From Camelus ferus (lineage: Eukaryota): DNA of 64,000 nt. Below the pieces are notes generated by a model. That model saw only the letters and a program-made list of their open reading frames with translations, was not told where the DNA came from and did no database searches. The stretch covers positions 15,192,001-15,256,000 of the forward strand of contig NC_045696.1 in NCBI RefSeq assembly GCF_009834535.1. The letters run 5' to 3'. The position numbers and the translations under genes were made by a program. Shown one piece after another: positions 1 through 13,555 of the stretch; the first letter of the stretch is position 1, and each line of letters begins with the position of its first letter.

Positions 1-2504
1 ATTTTGATTACTAATCACCAGGAGAAAATTAGTCATTACCCAAAGGATATGACCTTGGAAAACAAAATTATTTGAGAGTAGAGTCATTTTAAGAAGACTT
101 ATATTTATACTTTGGACCAAATACTTAGATATAGACCAGTCCATAAAATATCTTGATGAGGGAATTTCTCTAATAAATTAATAGGCATTTTCTTCAATAC
201 TTGTGGAAACCAGTGTATATAAAAATGAAAATATGACTGATCAAATTGTATTATTAATGTCCAGTAATTGAAAACATTCATTTCTTAACCAACTAAAGGT
301 AGTGATAGTATTCCTTTTTTTTTTTAGTAGAATGATCTGGTCTTTAGGAACTGCAATGGCTTATATTCTCGATGGTAAATATGGTGAGAAACTTTATGTT
401 TTGAGTGACTCTAGTTAAAGCAGCCTTAAATCCAGTAGCAGTCACTTGAGAACTCCAACAACTAACTTACTTGCCTCTGTAAGCTACAGCCCATCCTTAC
501 CATCCATGTGTTATAGCTTCTGTAAAGAATTAGATGTTCACATTGGAAAGTCACTTGGGATGCTAAAAAAAATTTAACTTAGCTGAGTCAAGAAGCACAA
601 GTCATTTAAACCAGGTTTTGTTTATTGGCTTTCTTTTGTATTATAAAGTAGAATAAACATAATAATTTTAAAAGTCTTTGAAATATAGGTAACCTATTCC
701 CCTAGGCCTCTATTATTATTATTATCATCTCTATTCCAGATCAGAAAAACAAATCAATTTCTTCATTCTTTCTCAGGAAACAAGGTAAAGGTTTAAATGT
801 TGCTAAATAAAATTTGACAAGTCAATATGATAAATGAAAGCTGGTGAAAATATGCAAGGTATTCTTCTTAAATGCACATGATCGTGTGTAAAAATTGAGA
901 CAGTTTTAAAGCTAAATAACAATAACAAAAACAAAAATGGGTTAGGGATAGGTAAGTGCAATCATTTATAAACAGTTACTTTAATGAGCTGGATGAGTGA
1001 AGAAAACAGCCAAATAGAAAAGATGGTGCATTTTCAACTACATTTGAGGGTAAATCACATCTTGTCTTGGAAGTAAAAGTAGCAGAACACCCCAACAACA
1101 GCTGTAGATGTAGTAGTTGATTTGGTGGTTTTTGTCTCATCCAGACTTTTTTCAGAGTTAGTATCCTTCAGCATCAACTGTTATTTTAGTAAAATACAAT
1201 CAAAAGAGCAAAACTCTCTTATGATTCTACAGAAATATTGAGTTCTGTTCTTTTGAAACAAACACTTAACTAAGCTTAAAATAGATTTGAAAAAAAAAAA
1301 AAAAACCTGTGTTTTCATCAGATTTTAAAAATTTCTTCAGATATCTCCCCAAAGCTTAAAATCCCTTGGTTGTATCAACAAATTATTCAGTGAAGACTGA
1401 TTGGGAGAAGCAGGGATTCTGGCATCGTATATATAGAAAGAAAAGAAAATAATTACACCAACTGGATGTTTTATCCTCATATGATTCTTGAGTGAACTGA
1501 AATCAGTTAGCTCTCTTAATATTGACCAGATATTCTGGAAATCATATTGTTTTCTGAAGTCTAAATGTACCTTGAGTTTTCCAAGGGCGAAGACTTGGCC
1601 AGCTTTCCAGTCTTGATTTTGAAGTTTACTAATCACATCTGAATAATGGTAATAAGGGTAAGCTGGATTTTGGCCCTGCTTCTAGAACTTTCAAACATGT
1701 GGAAAGTTTACCTTATCTCTGTGAACATTTATGTATTTATGCCTTCAGCAACCCTTTCTCAAAGAACCAAGAGGCTATAGGAAAGAAGGGAGAACATTCA
1801 ATAAGAGTAGGAGTGATTTGAATTTCACTTGACCTAAATAACCCTCCACGTGCCAAAAACAATGCCTGGAAAAATATATCATGTGATTATATATATATAA
1901 AGTATATATATAAATTTTTTTGTTGTTAAGTGTTTGGTCGTTTCTAGGACTTTCTCTGTTAAAGACACTGCCAGATACTTAACTTCAGATCAGCATCCAG
2001 AATGCATTACTTTCTTTATTTTATCTAATTGTTTCACAAAGAAAAGTAGAAGAACTTGAGAGAAAAGAAGGCTTCAGGAGATATGTGATTTTTATCAGGA
2101 AATATTGGACAGTGTCTCTAGAATTTTTTGTTGTTGTTTAGAACAAGAAACAGGGGGAAAAGAGAAAATATATGTAAAAGAAAGATGTTCCATGAGCTTC
2201 GTGGGGTAGGACATAACCGGGCACAGGAGGGAAGTAGGGAAGGGGACTTGGGTTGTAGACATGGTGGTGAGTGTTGCCGCTTATTGCATCTCTTCTCCCC
2301 AGTGGGCTGGTGGACTGGTAGCTGAGGCCACAGTCCCCCTGGGGAATAGGCAGATGACTTTGGCAAGGGGCAGGGTGAGGGCTGGGGTTACTCCATCTGG
2401 GTGTTGTAATTGGCTCCCTGCCTTCTTGAGCTCACTCTTAAAGATATCTTCCTCCAGCTACTTCCCATCACCGATAACAAACACTTAAGCAAAATTCTTG
2501 GCTT

Positions 2505-2570
2505 CAGGACTCATCCCTACAAGCCTCAGTTTCCTCATCTGTATCCTAGGGTTTATAACAGCATCTGGTC
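2505..2570 (+). mobile_element. MIR SINE fragment (core)
   Basis: GCCTCAGTTTCCTCATCTGTA at 2523-2543 is the MIR core motif. Confidence 0.7.
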
Positions 2571-2869
2571 CATGATGAATAAGCCTGGCCCTCCACACAT
2601 GATCCCCAGCACCACTGTTAACAGGCTACTTGTGAACCTGGAGAAAAGAAATCCTAGTGCACTGAAAGTAGATTATTTGAAGACTTTTGTTGCTTCCTAA
2701 GAACTTGACGTAGACATACTGTTCTGAATATTTTTGAAGAACATTTTATACGATCAGTAAAAATTTATTTATTGGATACACACATACACACACATAATAC
2801 ATACATAGCTATTAAATTTTACAGAATTTAGATAAAATAAATGAAAGCTATAAAAGCCTATTTTCCAAG

Positions 2870-3460
2870 AATTCACAATTCCAGATCAGGGAGAGATATG
2901 TGAACAATTTAAAGATAATCTGTAACAGAAAGTCAAACAATGGAAATATACACAAAGAATTTTGTGTATTAATTTTGATTTGTGGAAAATAGAAACATTT
3001 TATAGACAAGGTAGCATTTGAATTAGATTTTATAACAAGAATATAATCATGGCAGCAAGAAAAAGAAAACAGAATAATATAAACAAAATTACAAATTATT
3101 CTATAACTGTGAATGATCAGAGACTGAGTGCAGATATGTGAGAGGAGTGGGCAGAGATATGACTACAAAGGTTAGGCTTGGATTCTGGAAAGGATCGTCC
3201 ACTTCATTGAACCTGGACTTTGTTGAAAGAGGATGAGCAAGAAAAAATTATCATAGGCTTTATGATCTGGTGGGAGTAGGATGTACCACAATGAGCTGCT
3301 GAGTCCAGAACAATAATTCTATGGGAAATGGATGTATATTTGGGGAGAAATGGAGGAAAGATTGGAAAGAACAGAAAATGTTAAGGACAGGGAGAGAAGT
3401 TAAAAAATGTCTATAATAGTTCATGTGAGAAAGGCAGCGCCTGAACTGGGCAATGAATTG
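2870..3460 (-). mobile_element. Degenerate L2 LINE 3' region
   Basis: Purine-rich text resembling antisense L2 (e.g. AGGGAGAGAAGTTAAAAAATGTCTATAATAGTTCATGTGAGA...CCTGAACT); highly diverged. Confidence 0.45.
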
Positions 3461-4110
3461 GAAGGAAGATTTTTAAAAGAAACCAGAAAAAACCCCAATA
3501 TTCTTCAATTTAAAAAGAATTAAAAAGAAAGCGTTCAAAAGATCAATCAATTAGAGGCATGAGAATCGGGTGAAAGGCTATTAACATGTAACTGAACACT
3601 TGTTTACTGTCAGAAATTAACTTAGGCAGACATTTTATTAAAACATAGGCAGTTTCCTTTTCATTCCTAGTAGTAAGTTGTGAAGTTTTTTGCCTGTGGT
3701 TCTAAGTATCAACAATTAAAAACACAGAAAACTGCCTAAGGAAGTGAACACTTCTCTTTCTCAGTTTACCATTTTTTAAATATGTCACGATTGTATTCAG
3801 CAAACCTAATTTTGCATCAACTGTGCTTTCGCAAAGAAAATATAAACAATGAGCTTGGAATATAGACAACATTCTCTCATGCACGCACTTATTTCACAAT
3901 CAATAATCCAGCATAGAGTGTTCAGGATCAACATGCAACAACAAAACTGTATTTTCAAGCCAAAATGACAGATGACATAGCCTAACTAAGAGAAGGGTCC
4001 AATCTTAATTACACAAACACGAAAGGGTGATTTTTTTAAGTAACATCCTCTTAGCTTCATTTTATTGGTTGTCTGTTTTTCAAATTTAATATTGAGCTTA
4101 AGCTAGATTT

Positions 4111-4440
4111 ATTTGCTCATTCAGTCCACAAGTATTTATTGAATGCCTACTGTATGTCCGTGCTCTGTTCCATCAGAGACACCAACATGGAGACACATTC
4201 TGGTGAGACAGTGAATGTGAACTCATTGTTGCAATGTGTAGTGTGGTGTGCAGTGTGTAAAAGAGAGCATAGAAGAATATTGGTAGGTAAGAGCGGAGTG
4301 TCCAGTGCTGGGGGAAGCATATTATTTTCTAGAGGAGGACAGGCATTCATCCTTGAGCGGAGCCTTAAATGACATTTAGAAGTGATTCAAGAAGAAAGCA
4401 GGAGGACTACTTCCACAGGTAGAGAGGGATGAGAAGGTAT
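4111..4440 (-). mobile_element. L2 LINE 3' end
   Basis: CATTCAGTCCACAAGTATTTATTGAATGCCTACTGTATG matches the antisense L2 terminus (CATTCAACAAATATTTATTGAGCACCTACTATGTG). Confidence 0.75.
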
Positions 4441-4639
4441 GATGAGATCAGAAGAAGGGCAGGGAGTTCTCCGGAGGTAGAGTTAAGGGAAGGAGAAGTG
4501 GAGATGGATGAGCACAGATTTTATTCTGAAAGTTATGGCTTTGGGGGAGAATTGTGGAGAAAGAGTTTAAAACTGAATTACGACGTGATGTGTATATGCA
4601 TGTGTCTGCACATCTGCTCATATGTCCATATCTCACTTC

Positions 4640-4796
4640 CTATATTTAATCCCATGCAGTCCTCACAATGTGTGGTCAGCATGATGTACCCTTTTTGCAG
4701 AGGAGAAACCATGGCTCAGAAAGGTCAATAAATGGGCCAAGGCTATACAGATCACAATTACCAGCAGTAGGATTTGAACCTAGATATGCACTCTCC
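4640..4796 (-). mobile_element. MIR SINE
   Basis: TTTTGCAGAGGAGAAACCATGGCTCAGAAAGGTCAA...GCCAAGGCTATACAG...GGATTTGAACCTAG follows antisense MIR. Confidence 0.8.
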
Positions 4797-5140
4797 GAAG
4801 TAAGAGGAAAAGACAGGGAAAAGTGAAAGAACAAAACAGAAAGAAGCCAAGGTCAGAGTCGTGATAGTTGTGGGGTGGGGGCAGATGAGAATGAGAAATG
4901 GAAGCCCCTGACCTCCCCTTCACAATTATCCTCAGTATTCCCCTATTCTTGCGTAAAAGGTTTTTCTGAGATTCTGGGTGTTGAGGTCTTTTCCTGGTAC
5001 TAAATACTTTTAATGAAAATGGTTGAAAGCAAGCTAGGAGACATTTGTCTTCAGGGTGCATTGTCAAAGCATAGTTTTCTGGTAATCATTAACTCTACTG
5101 CCTGTATCTTCTTTTGTAAACTGTCAAAAGGCAAATTGCA

Positions 5141-5407
5141 GAGAGGCAGGGTAGCATATTAATTATAGACTTTGGGGAGCCAGATGTCATAGATCAAATC
5201 CCTGCTCTGCTAGAAACTGGTTCTGGGACTTTCAGCTAATTAGTGTCTTTGTGTCTGAAGTTTTTGTTGTTTCTATAATACTGGAGGAAAATATTGACTC
5301 TATCTTGTGGAGTTGTTGAAATGATTCAAATCTTTGATACACATAAAATACTTAGAACATGAACGGGCACTTAACTAAATGATCGATTAAAATTAGTTGT
5401 TATTATT
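5141..5407 (+). mobile_element. Near full-length MIR SINE
   Basis: Colinear with MIR: AGGCAGGGTAGCAT...GACTTTGGGGAGCCAGA...CAAATCCCTGCTCTGC...GTTGTTGAAATGATT...CTTAGAACA...TTAGTTGTTATTATT. Confidence 0.75.
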
Positions 5408-5429
5408 AGATGTCTTTAATAGATTTCAT

Positions 5430-5660
5430 CTACTTTTAATGAATCATTTTTCCATTTTGACTGAAGGAGTTCTTTATGCATGACAAATAATGAAGATAAT
5501 AAAGATTTTCTAATTTATCTGTTGCAAAGATTTTTTTTTTCTGTTTGCCTTTTAAATAATGTTATCTGAGATACCCGACACATTTAATTTTATGTAGCCA
5601 CATTTATTAATAAAAAGACAGTATTTTAATCCTTAAATATCTTTTCTAGCTCATTAATCC
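5430..5660 (-). mobile_element. Old L1M fragment (antisense)
   Basis: GGAGTTCTTTATGCAT...TGTTGCAAAGATTTTTTT...TTTGCCTTTT resembles the antisense L1 ORF2 3' end; very diverged. Confidence 0.4.
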
Positions 5661-5959
5661 TCTTTACAGATACCTCTAAAATGTTTTGCAATCATATCTT
5701 ATTTTTCCAAAACACTGCTCTACAATGTACACATACAATGGCACTGACTTTTTTGGTGAAGCAATTTTTTTGAGGGGGAGGGGCAAATTATTTACTTATC
5801 TTTGAAGGGGATGAAATTATTTTTCTTTTTAACACCAAAAATTCAGGGCCTTTTAAAGTTTAAATATTATTAGGCTTTTGTGAATCAGAGATTTTTACAA
5901 AACTATCCAATGAGTTTGCTTTGTCTTAGCTAAGACAGTGTTATACAATGTGAAGCTTT

Positions 5960-6860
5960 CCTGACCATATCAGAGTCCTCTACTGTACACCGAGACCCCC
6001 TCTGCCTCCTCTGTGTTTTACCCACTTATTTCTCCTAAGCCTCTACAGTGGAGACCAACCCTGAGGTGCTTGTCCAGCTCTTGCCACAGTGACTAACCTA
6101 TGACCTGACCAGGGCACAACCCTTGGGCACCACACTCTATGGGCTCTGACACCCCCTGTTCTCCTTCTGCTGGAAGTGCTGAGGACGTAACACCTAGAAG
6201 GTGAGTCTGACCAACTGAATGTGGGAACCCACAGTCTATACCTTTCTTTCCTCTTTTTGCCCATTTGGGCTACCATAATGGAAATACCCTGAACTGGGTG
6301 GCTGATATCAACAAATATTTATTTTTCACCGTCTGGAGGCTGGAAGTCCAGGATCATGGTGCCAGCATGATGGAGCCCAAGTGAGAGCCCTCTTCCTCAT
6401 CAAAGACAGCTGACTCCTCCTTGTTTCCTCACATGGCAGAAAGCAGAGAGGGAAGCAAACTCTCCTGTGACTCCTATTAGGGCACTAGTCCCATCACGGG
6501 GACATCACCCTCATGACCTTCTCTAATCTCTATTATCTTCTGCAGTCCCACCTCCTAATGCCACCACATTGAAGAGGACAGTTTGAACATACGAATTTTG
6601 GGTGAACACATTCACTCCATAACATCCCCCATCCCATCACAGACTGTCTGGAGAGACAGAATTTCGTATGGTTTCTTGGCAGATAGAACAAGAATTTGTC
6701 CCTAATCCAAGCAGTGGCCGTCTGGGAGACACTCTTGTTTGTTCTCCTTTCTTCACTGCCTTCTTTCCTTCCCTCTCACATCCTTGGATGGCACTCTCTA
6801 ATAAAATAGTGACATAAATTTATGCCTCAGGCTCTGTCTGACTTCTGAGAGCCAGGATCA
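5960..6860 (+). mobile_element. ERVL-class LTR (LTR16/LTR33-like) interrupted by an MLT1 LTR
   Basis: 3' part GCACTCTCTAATAAAA...TGCCTCAGGCTCTGTC resembles the LTR16/LTR33 polyA/terminus region; GC-richer sequence on both sides of the MLT1; ends uncertain. Confidence 0.45.
6253..6624 (-). mobile_element. MaLR solo LTR (MLT1A/B-like)
   Basis: CCATTTGGGCTACCATAA...GGGTGGCT...TCTGGAGGCTGGAAGTCCAGGATCATGGTGCCAGCA...CCTCACATGGCAGA...GAATTTTGGG...ACACATTCACTCCATAACA. Confidence 0.85.
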
Positions 6861-7949
6861 CAGTGAGCTACAAAAAAAAAAATATCTTAGAGGAGCAAAA
6901 AATATCATTCTCAGTTATATCTTATTTCAATTAAATTATACAGTAATTATTTTTGTGTCCAAATCACTGGCATACTTTTTTGGTGTATTTAATATCTTCA
7001 ACACCAAGCACCGAGGAATAGAGCTAAAATAAGTTAAGAGTGTGACACCCTGAAATCATCATTATAAAAAACATGAAGAGACTAAATTATTAAAATAATT
7101 TTTTATGAGCTGAGTTGCCAAATACATACTCTTATGGCTGTTATGTTTTGGAGCTCAGAAATGCTCCCAGTTTTTTGTTTTGTTTTTCATTTTTAGCAGA
7201 AAACTAAAATATCATTTCTTGATATTTCTTAGGTAACCTAAATAGCCAAAAATTTATGAGCTCATAAAACCCTGGGAACTTAAGATAATTAAGTAATATT
7301 ATAATATAATTGCCCTTGTTTTTAACAAAACTAAGATGATAAATTATTTTTATGATGATATAAAATGTGTATTATTCTTAATTTAAGTTTTAGTTAAAAT
7401 AGCTGGGAAATTAGAGATTATATCTTTTATAAAAAGTTGTATAAGGAAGAAAACACTTGGCTGACATGTAATTAAACATACTTGTATTTTATTTTGAGGC
7501 CTTAATAGAATTGTACAAAGGCTTTGTTCTGAAATTTAGATTTGTGAATTATATTGTATGCAATGAGTATTTGAAAAAACTTACTTTTCTTATAGCTAAT
7601 GAGACTTCAAAAATAAAAGATATAAAGAGACCAGATATTTAAAAGAATGAAGTAAAACTATAATGTTTAAACACAAGAGATTTGGCTATTTCTTCACAGA
7701 TAGGAACAGACTGGTAGAGCTGAAGCTGGGAAGAAACTATTGCCCAGGGGAAAAGGCAATAGAATTCAAAGAACTGCTCATGAGCATTACAATACTTTTA
7801 TTATAATCTGTGGTATTTTTCTTCTGTAGGAGGTATTGTAACATAACCTTCTCCATCTGAAACATGGCTGATAGCTGCGTAGGAGGTGGTTTGGTGTGAC
7901 TATAATAACCAAAAGGGGGGGGCGTGGTCTGCAACTTAGAAGTAGAGTG

Positions 7950-8060
7950 ACAGAGGGACTTTGAAAAGTTATTTAAGTTCATTGAACCTCAGGTTCCTTC
8001 CAAACAATAACCACCCCAGAGCACTTTTTGTGAAGACAAAATAATGCAATAAAACAACAC
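7950..8060 (+). mobile_element. MIR fragment
   Basis: GGGACTTTGAAAAGTTATTTAAGTTCATTGAACCTCAGGTTCCT resembles the MIR core. Confidence 0.55.
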
Positions 8061-8693
8061 ATTTATTAAGTCCTCATCTTACGATGGAAGAGTCAACAAA
8101 TGCAAATCTTCCATCCCCCTGGAGAAGAAGCTCTCAAGTACTAAAACTGTCCACACAACATAGCTGGGGTTTCACTCTTTGTGTTTAGTAAGCAAGTTCG
8201 ATCAGCATGAAGCCGAAATGAAATGACTCGAGCATTATGAAAATTTTCCTGCTTTCTCCCTGTAGAGCAGTTTGTGCTAGACACCTCCTGCCCCCTGCCC
8301 ATTCAGTATCCATATGGGCCACCTTTATCTCCAGCCTTTGCTGCAGACACCAATTTTGTATGAATGCAATCTTGCCCCACTTCATTTTGGCTGCATTGCA
8401 AGCCGTCCACCTTTGGTCTTTGCAAGACGCAGCTTACAGGCTAGCTAATGCCATATGGGGCAACATGTGATAAGTGGACACAGATATCCATGAGTTTATG
8501 TTTTGTTACTTTAGTGGGCAACTGAGTGGACAGTTACTTGAGTGGACAATTCCAAGACACATTCTAAAGAGCACCTCAGCAGGACGTGGCAGGAGCCAAG
8601 CCCAGCTGCACACAGTGGTATCAATTCAACCCAAGACTGTCTCCTGGCTTGGCTTTCCCACCTCCTTTCCTTTTGCTTTCCCCAGTCACAGGC

Positions 8694-8716
8694 AAAAAAA
8701 AAAAAAAAAAAAAAAA
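8694..8716 (+). repeat. Poly(A) run, 23 nt
   Basis: Direct read; no retroelement body or TSD seen. Confidence 0.9.
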
Positions 8717-9674
8717 GCTGCATTCAAGTCTTTATTCTAGGCTCTTTTAGGTTAGTAGAATGGAGGAAATCCAAGGTAAAGAGAAGCCACTAAGAGATTA
8801 ATTAAAACATGTTAATAGGATGGTGACTTGTAGTATTTAAAAAGGAAAGACACAAAATTATTTGCCAACCTTATAATAATAATAGTAAAAAAAATAAATT
8901 TAAGATTTGATAATAAAAATTCAAAAGGAGCATTTAAGCCCCCTAAAGCTATTGCTATTCTAAACAATTAAGGCAACTTATGTCCAAGTTACTGTCTTCT
9001 AAGAGTGAAGGCTATCTGTTATTTTTCAATATATTCCAATGGAATGAAGCCAGAACATTGAAGAGTTCTGGAATTTCCTTACTGCTTGGCTTGGCAGAGA
9101 TTCTGACTGCAATCTGAATCCACCTAACTCCAGTTTATGCTTTATCGTTTGCATAAATCATGTACAGAGTTTCAGAAAGACATGAGCTATTCAAACACAC
9201 CGATGCCTTTTCCCACAAAACTTTCCACATCACAGCTGATCTCTGAGGATTTTTTTTCCTTCAATTCTCAGAGGCCAAGGGAATTTTAACAACTAACAAT
9301 ATGGATTATATTTATATAGTCCCTAGTGTGTTTTTTCACAATGAAAGTATTTTCCTTTACCATTTTTGTCACAAGTCTTTTCAGTCCCCCCTCTTTTTGT
9401 TCCCATGAGCATATTTACGTAATGACCCAAAACACTTCTCAAAGCAGCTTCTGAGTATAAAGCCCATAAACTGCAGGACACCAAAGTTGTGTGTGTCCTA
9501 CTTCCAAGTGCCGTTCATCTTGGTCTATGATAGTGAGGTCTCCTTGAAGATGTGTAGCCGGCAACCTTCATAGCCACTCCCCTTAACCTCTCAGCGTGCT
9601 TTTCCCACCTGCTCCATCCTACACTTCCTACAACTGAGTGGTAATCACAAATCCTCCTACAGCACATCTTATAG

Positions 9675-9863
9675 AAGTCAATGCTCTAAGGACTTTACAA
9701 AACTCAGCTCAATGAATCTTCTTTAATGCCTTGGGAGGGTTATAAAAGTAAGGTAGAGAGTAATCAAATAACTTCCCAAGATGACAAAATAAGCTCAGGA
9801 GGCTTTTGGGAGTCACAGTCAAGCTGTTCCACCCTGTGTACACGTTCTTAACCACTGCAATAT
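9675..9863 (-). mobile_element. MIR SINE
   Basis: TGCTCTAAGGACTTTACA...TAACTTCCCAAGATGACA...GTTCTTAACCACTGCAATA. Confidence 0.6.
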
Positions 9864-10924
9864 GGTTTCTCTTGAGGTAACAAAAATCCTTGCCAGACTA
9901 AGAGAAAGGTTAATGCAGAAGCAAAAAGCAAGCAACCAAGGAGCAGATACAGAGAGAAAAGCACCTCTAAAGAGAAACAATAGCCATGTAGTCACTATTT
10001 AAAAGTAATAACTGCTCTTTGAATCTTTCATAACATCTATACATGCAAAACGAGAGGTAATGGAAAAGACTTCCACATAGAGGATTCCCACAACCAGCAC
10101 AAGAGGTTGAGATGCCAAGAAGATTGTTGCCATTTTGATCACTCTCTCAACCTCCACATCCATGTCTACGTGTTTCATATATCAGCACTTGGCCATACTA
10201 TGAAATATCAGCCACCCAAATTTGATGAGATTCTTAGAAAAATTGGCAAGAATTTGAAGTAATTTTACCATTTACATCACATGGAAATTTTTAACATATT
10301 TCCTCCCCCATCTTAGAGGAAACTCTTATTTAAAACAAGGGTGTGACACACAATGGTAGTTGTGTCCTATTATATTTCGATGTTCTATATGTACATAATG
10401 TGTATATGATTCAGTTGTGCTGCTACACTTGAAATTTAAGAGGACCACCCAATGTAAGTTTCAACTATAAACAAAAGTGTAAGTAAATAAAGTAGACTCC
10501 CACTACTGAGTGAGAAATATTCAGTTAAAATAGAAGAATACGTCAACTCTTTCTTTTAAATGAGTCATGTCTCATTGACAACAACAACAAAAATGGCTAT
10601 GAAGAAAAGTTTCAGATCAGGAATACAATCATTATTGGAAAAAAAATTGAAAAAAAGAGAAAGTTTGGTCTGGTAAACTCTACTAAGCAAACGTCAATGT
10701 GATAAAACCAAACAAAGGTAGGCTGTGATAGTTTGTTGACATTTTAGCATATACCTGCACAGTCTTGTCGGTTAAGAATTTGGTTTAAAATGGGGAAAAA
10801 AATCAGTCACCTGAGGATTCTGCTGAGAGCACCAAGAAATTCTGTCAAAGACTTTGGGTGTGATTTCTTTAGTTGTATTTATAAATACAACTAGAAATAG
10901 AGACATAAATCAAGAAACGTAGAA

Positions 10925-10990
10925 ATACACATGCATATATATGTATGTATGTATATATGTGTGTTTGTATGTATATACATATGTATGTGT
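10925..10990. repeat. Imperfect (TA/TG)n microsatellite
   Basis: ATGCATATATATGTATGTATGTATATATGTGTGTTTGTATGTATATACATATGTATGTGT. Confidence 0.85.
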
Positions 10991-11410
10991 AATTTTCATA
11001 TGAATATAAGTCTTAAATACAACCATAAAATCAATTTTCATTTGTGGTATGTATGTTTTCTATGTTTTCATTATGTTTTATATAGTACCTTAAAACATAT
11101 TTATATACTTTAAGGTATATTTTGTATCCTATTTTAACATAAAATGCTTGAAGATCTTTAGTATATTTGTGCATAAAATTTCTCCTCTCTTTTAAGCACT
11201 TTATATAACAATATTTTTAAAGTATGCCTGCCCAACAATGTAATCACATGAGAGATATGCCAAAGTTTAATATCCTGTTCAGTTTCAAGAAATACATGTT
11301 TGCCAAACATTGACTTACTCCATATAGAGCGATATCTGAGATATCACACTAACAATAACAAAATATAAATTGTGTTTTGAATTTTGTTGTAGAGTGGTAT
11401 TTTATAAGCA

Positions 11411-12125
11411 CATTCATTCTATTCATTGGACAAGTATTTATTGAACACCTAATTATGAACAAGATACAGCTTTGGGAAGGTTTGGGATTCCAAGGAACAT
11501 TTAGACACAGAGCCACTGTTTAGGGTCCAAAAGAAAAGAAAATGCATGTGTCCAAATAGCTATAAAATCAATTGAAAAGCAGTATGTTTATCCATTGATA
11601 TATTGTTAAACACCTACTCTGCAATAGGGAAAGTTATAGAGACTATGTTCACAACAATGAAAAAGCAGACAAAATTCCTGCTGTAGTGGAGATGAGGCTC
11701 TTGTTGGAAGAACCAGAAAATAAACAAAATATATAAAGAAAATACATAGTAGATTATATGATAATAAGTGTTAAGGACAACAGAAAAGTAGAAAAGGGAG
11801 AAACAGAGAAAGGAGTGGAATTCTCAATGGAGTATTAAGGGAAGCCCCTTATCTTTGTGCTACTTTATTGCTCTGGTCAGAATAGAACACACTCTACTGG
11901 GGAGAGCAGGAAGCAGAGAAACCAGTTAAGAGACTATTTCAATAATTCAGGAGATAGCTGATGATGGCTTGGATCAGAATGTTAGCTGTGAATTGGTTGA
12001 ATTCTGGAAATGTTTTGAAGGTGGAACCAACAGAATATATTAATGGATTCAATGGGAAGTATGAAAGAGGAGCCAAGGGTGACTTCTAGTTTTTTGCCTA
12101 AACAACTGTAAAAACAGAGTAGTCA
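11411..12125 (-). mobile_element. Two adjacent L2 3' fragments (about 11411-11585 and 11590-12125)
   Basis: CATTCATT...CAAGTATTTATTGAACACCTA; second terminus CACCTACTCTG...GCAGACAAAATTCCTGC...GAAACCAGTTAAGAGACTATTTCAATAATTCAGG...TTTTGAAGGTGGAACCAACAG. Confidence 0.8.
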
Positions 12126-12289
12126 GTTTTTAGTAGAGTATTTTTTTAATGTTAAAAAAACAATATATGAATGATCAGTGTCATTTTTTCAAAACCAAGA
12201 TGGTCACCTACTGATAACTAAAATGAGGAGTTGACTTAATATGGTAGGCACAGGATAGGGAATTGAAAGGTAAGCAGATTTATTTTTAA

Positions 12290-13555
12290 TAGAATGGAAA
12301 AATAAATCACAGACTGGGAGAAAATATTTGCAAAGCACATATCTGATCAGAATTGTATCCAAGGTATACAAAGAACTCTTAACATTCAACAATAATCTAG
12401 CAAAGAACCTAGAGAAAGATTTGGACATCTTACCAAAGAAGATATACAGGTGGCAAATAAAAATATGAAAAGGTGCTCAATGTATGTAATTAGGGAATTG
12501 CAAATTAAAGCAACATATTGTTCTACCACCAAATTTAAAATAGAATTTAGGTCCTATCATTGTTAGTGCAGTATCTCAGATAACACTCTATAGTGTGTCA
12601 ACATCATATGTCATTGGAGAACTGTAAATTGAAACAACAGTGAGATAGCATTACACATGTATTAGAATGACTAAAATTTTTAAAAACTGACAGCATCAAA
12701 TGCTGGCAAGGATGAGGAGCAGCAAGAACTTTCATTCATTGCTGGTGGGAATGCAAAATGGTTTGCACTTTTGGAAGACATTTCTTAACAAGGCAAATAT
12801 AATCTTACAGTACTATTCAGCATCTATCCTTCTGTGCATTTACTCAGTTGAGTTGGAAACTCATGTCCACACAAAAGCCTGTACATAAATGTTTACAGCA
12901 ACTTTATTCATAATTGCTAAAAACTGGAAGCAATCAAGATGTCTTTCATAGGAGAGTGAATAAACTAACTTTGGTACATTCACACAATAGAATATCATTC
13001 AGTGAAAAAAGGGGCTTAACAAGACATGGAGGAAACTTAAGTGCACAAAAGTGCTAAATGAAAACAGCCAGTCTGAATAGACTACATACTCTATGATCCC
13101 AATAGTATAATATTCCAGAAAAGGCCAAAAAAAAAAAAAAAATGGAGACAGTAAAAAGAACAATGGTTTCCAAGGCTTCAGGGGAAAGTAGGAAGGAATG
13201 GATAAATAAAGCACAGGAGATTTTTAGGGCAGTAAAACTATGTTGTATGACACTGTAATGATGGACATATGATATTATGTATTTGTCAACACCCTTAGAA
13301 CTATGCAACATAAATAATGAACCTTGATATTATTGCAGACATTGGACTTTGGTTAATAACGTATCAATACTTTACTTAATTACTGGTTGCTTAATTATAA
13401 TAAGTATACCATAGAATGGCCAATGTCATAGGGAAATCTATAATAGTGAAAACTGTTGAAGGTGGGTTCTATGAGAAATCTCTGTACCATTTTGCTTAGT
13501 TTTTCTACAAATCTACAACTATTCTAAAAAAATGAAGTTTATCAATTTTAAAAAA
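12290..13555 (+). mobile_element. L1MC-like LINE, ORF2 3' end plus 3'UTR
   Basis: ACAGACTGGGAGAAAATATTTGCAAAGCACATATCTGA; TTCATTGCTGGTGGGAATGCAAAATGG; L1MC-type UTR TGTATGACACTGTAATGATGGACATATG...ATTTGTCAACACCC; A-rich end. Confidence 0.9.
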
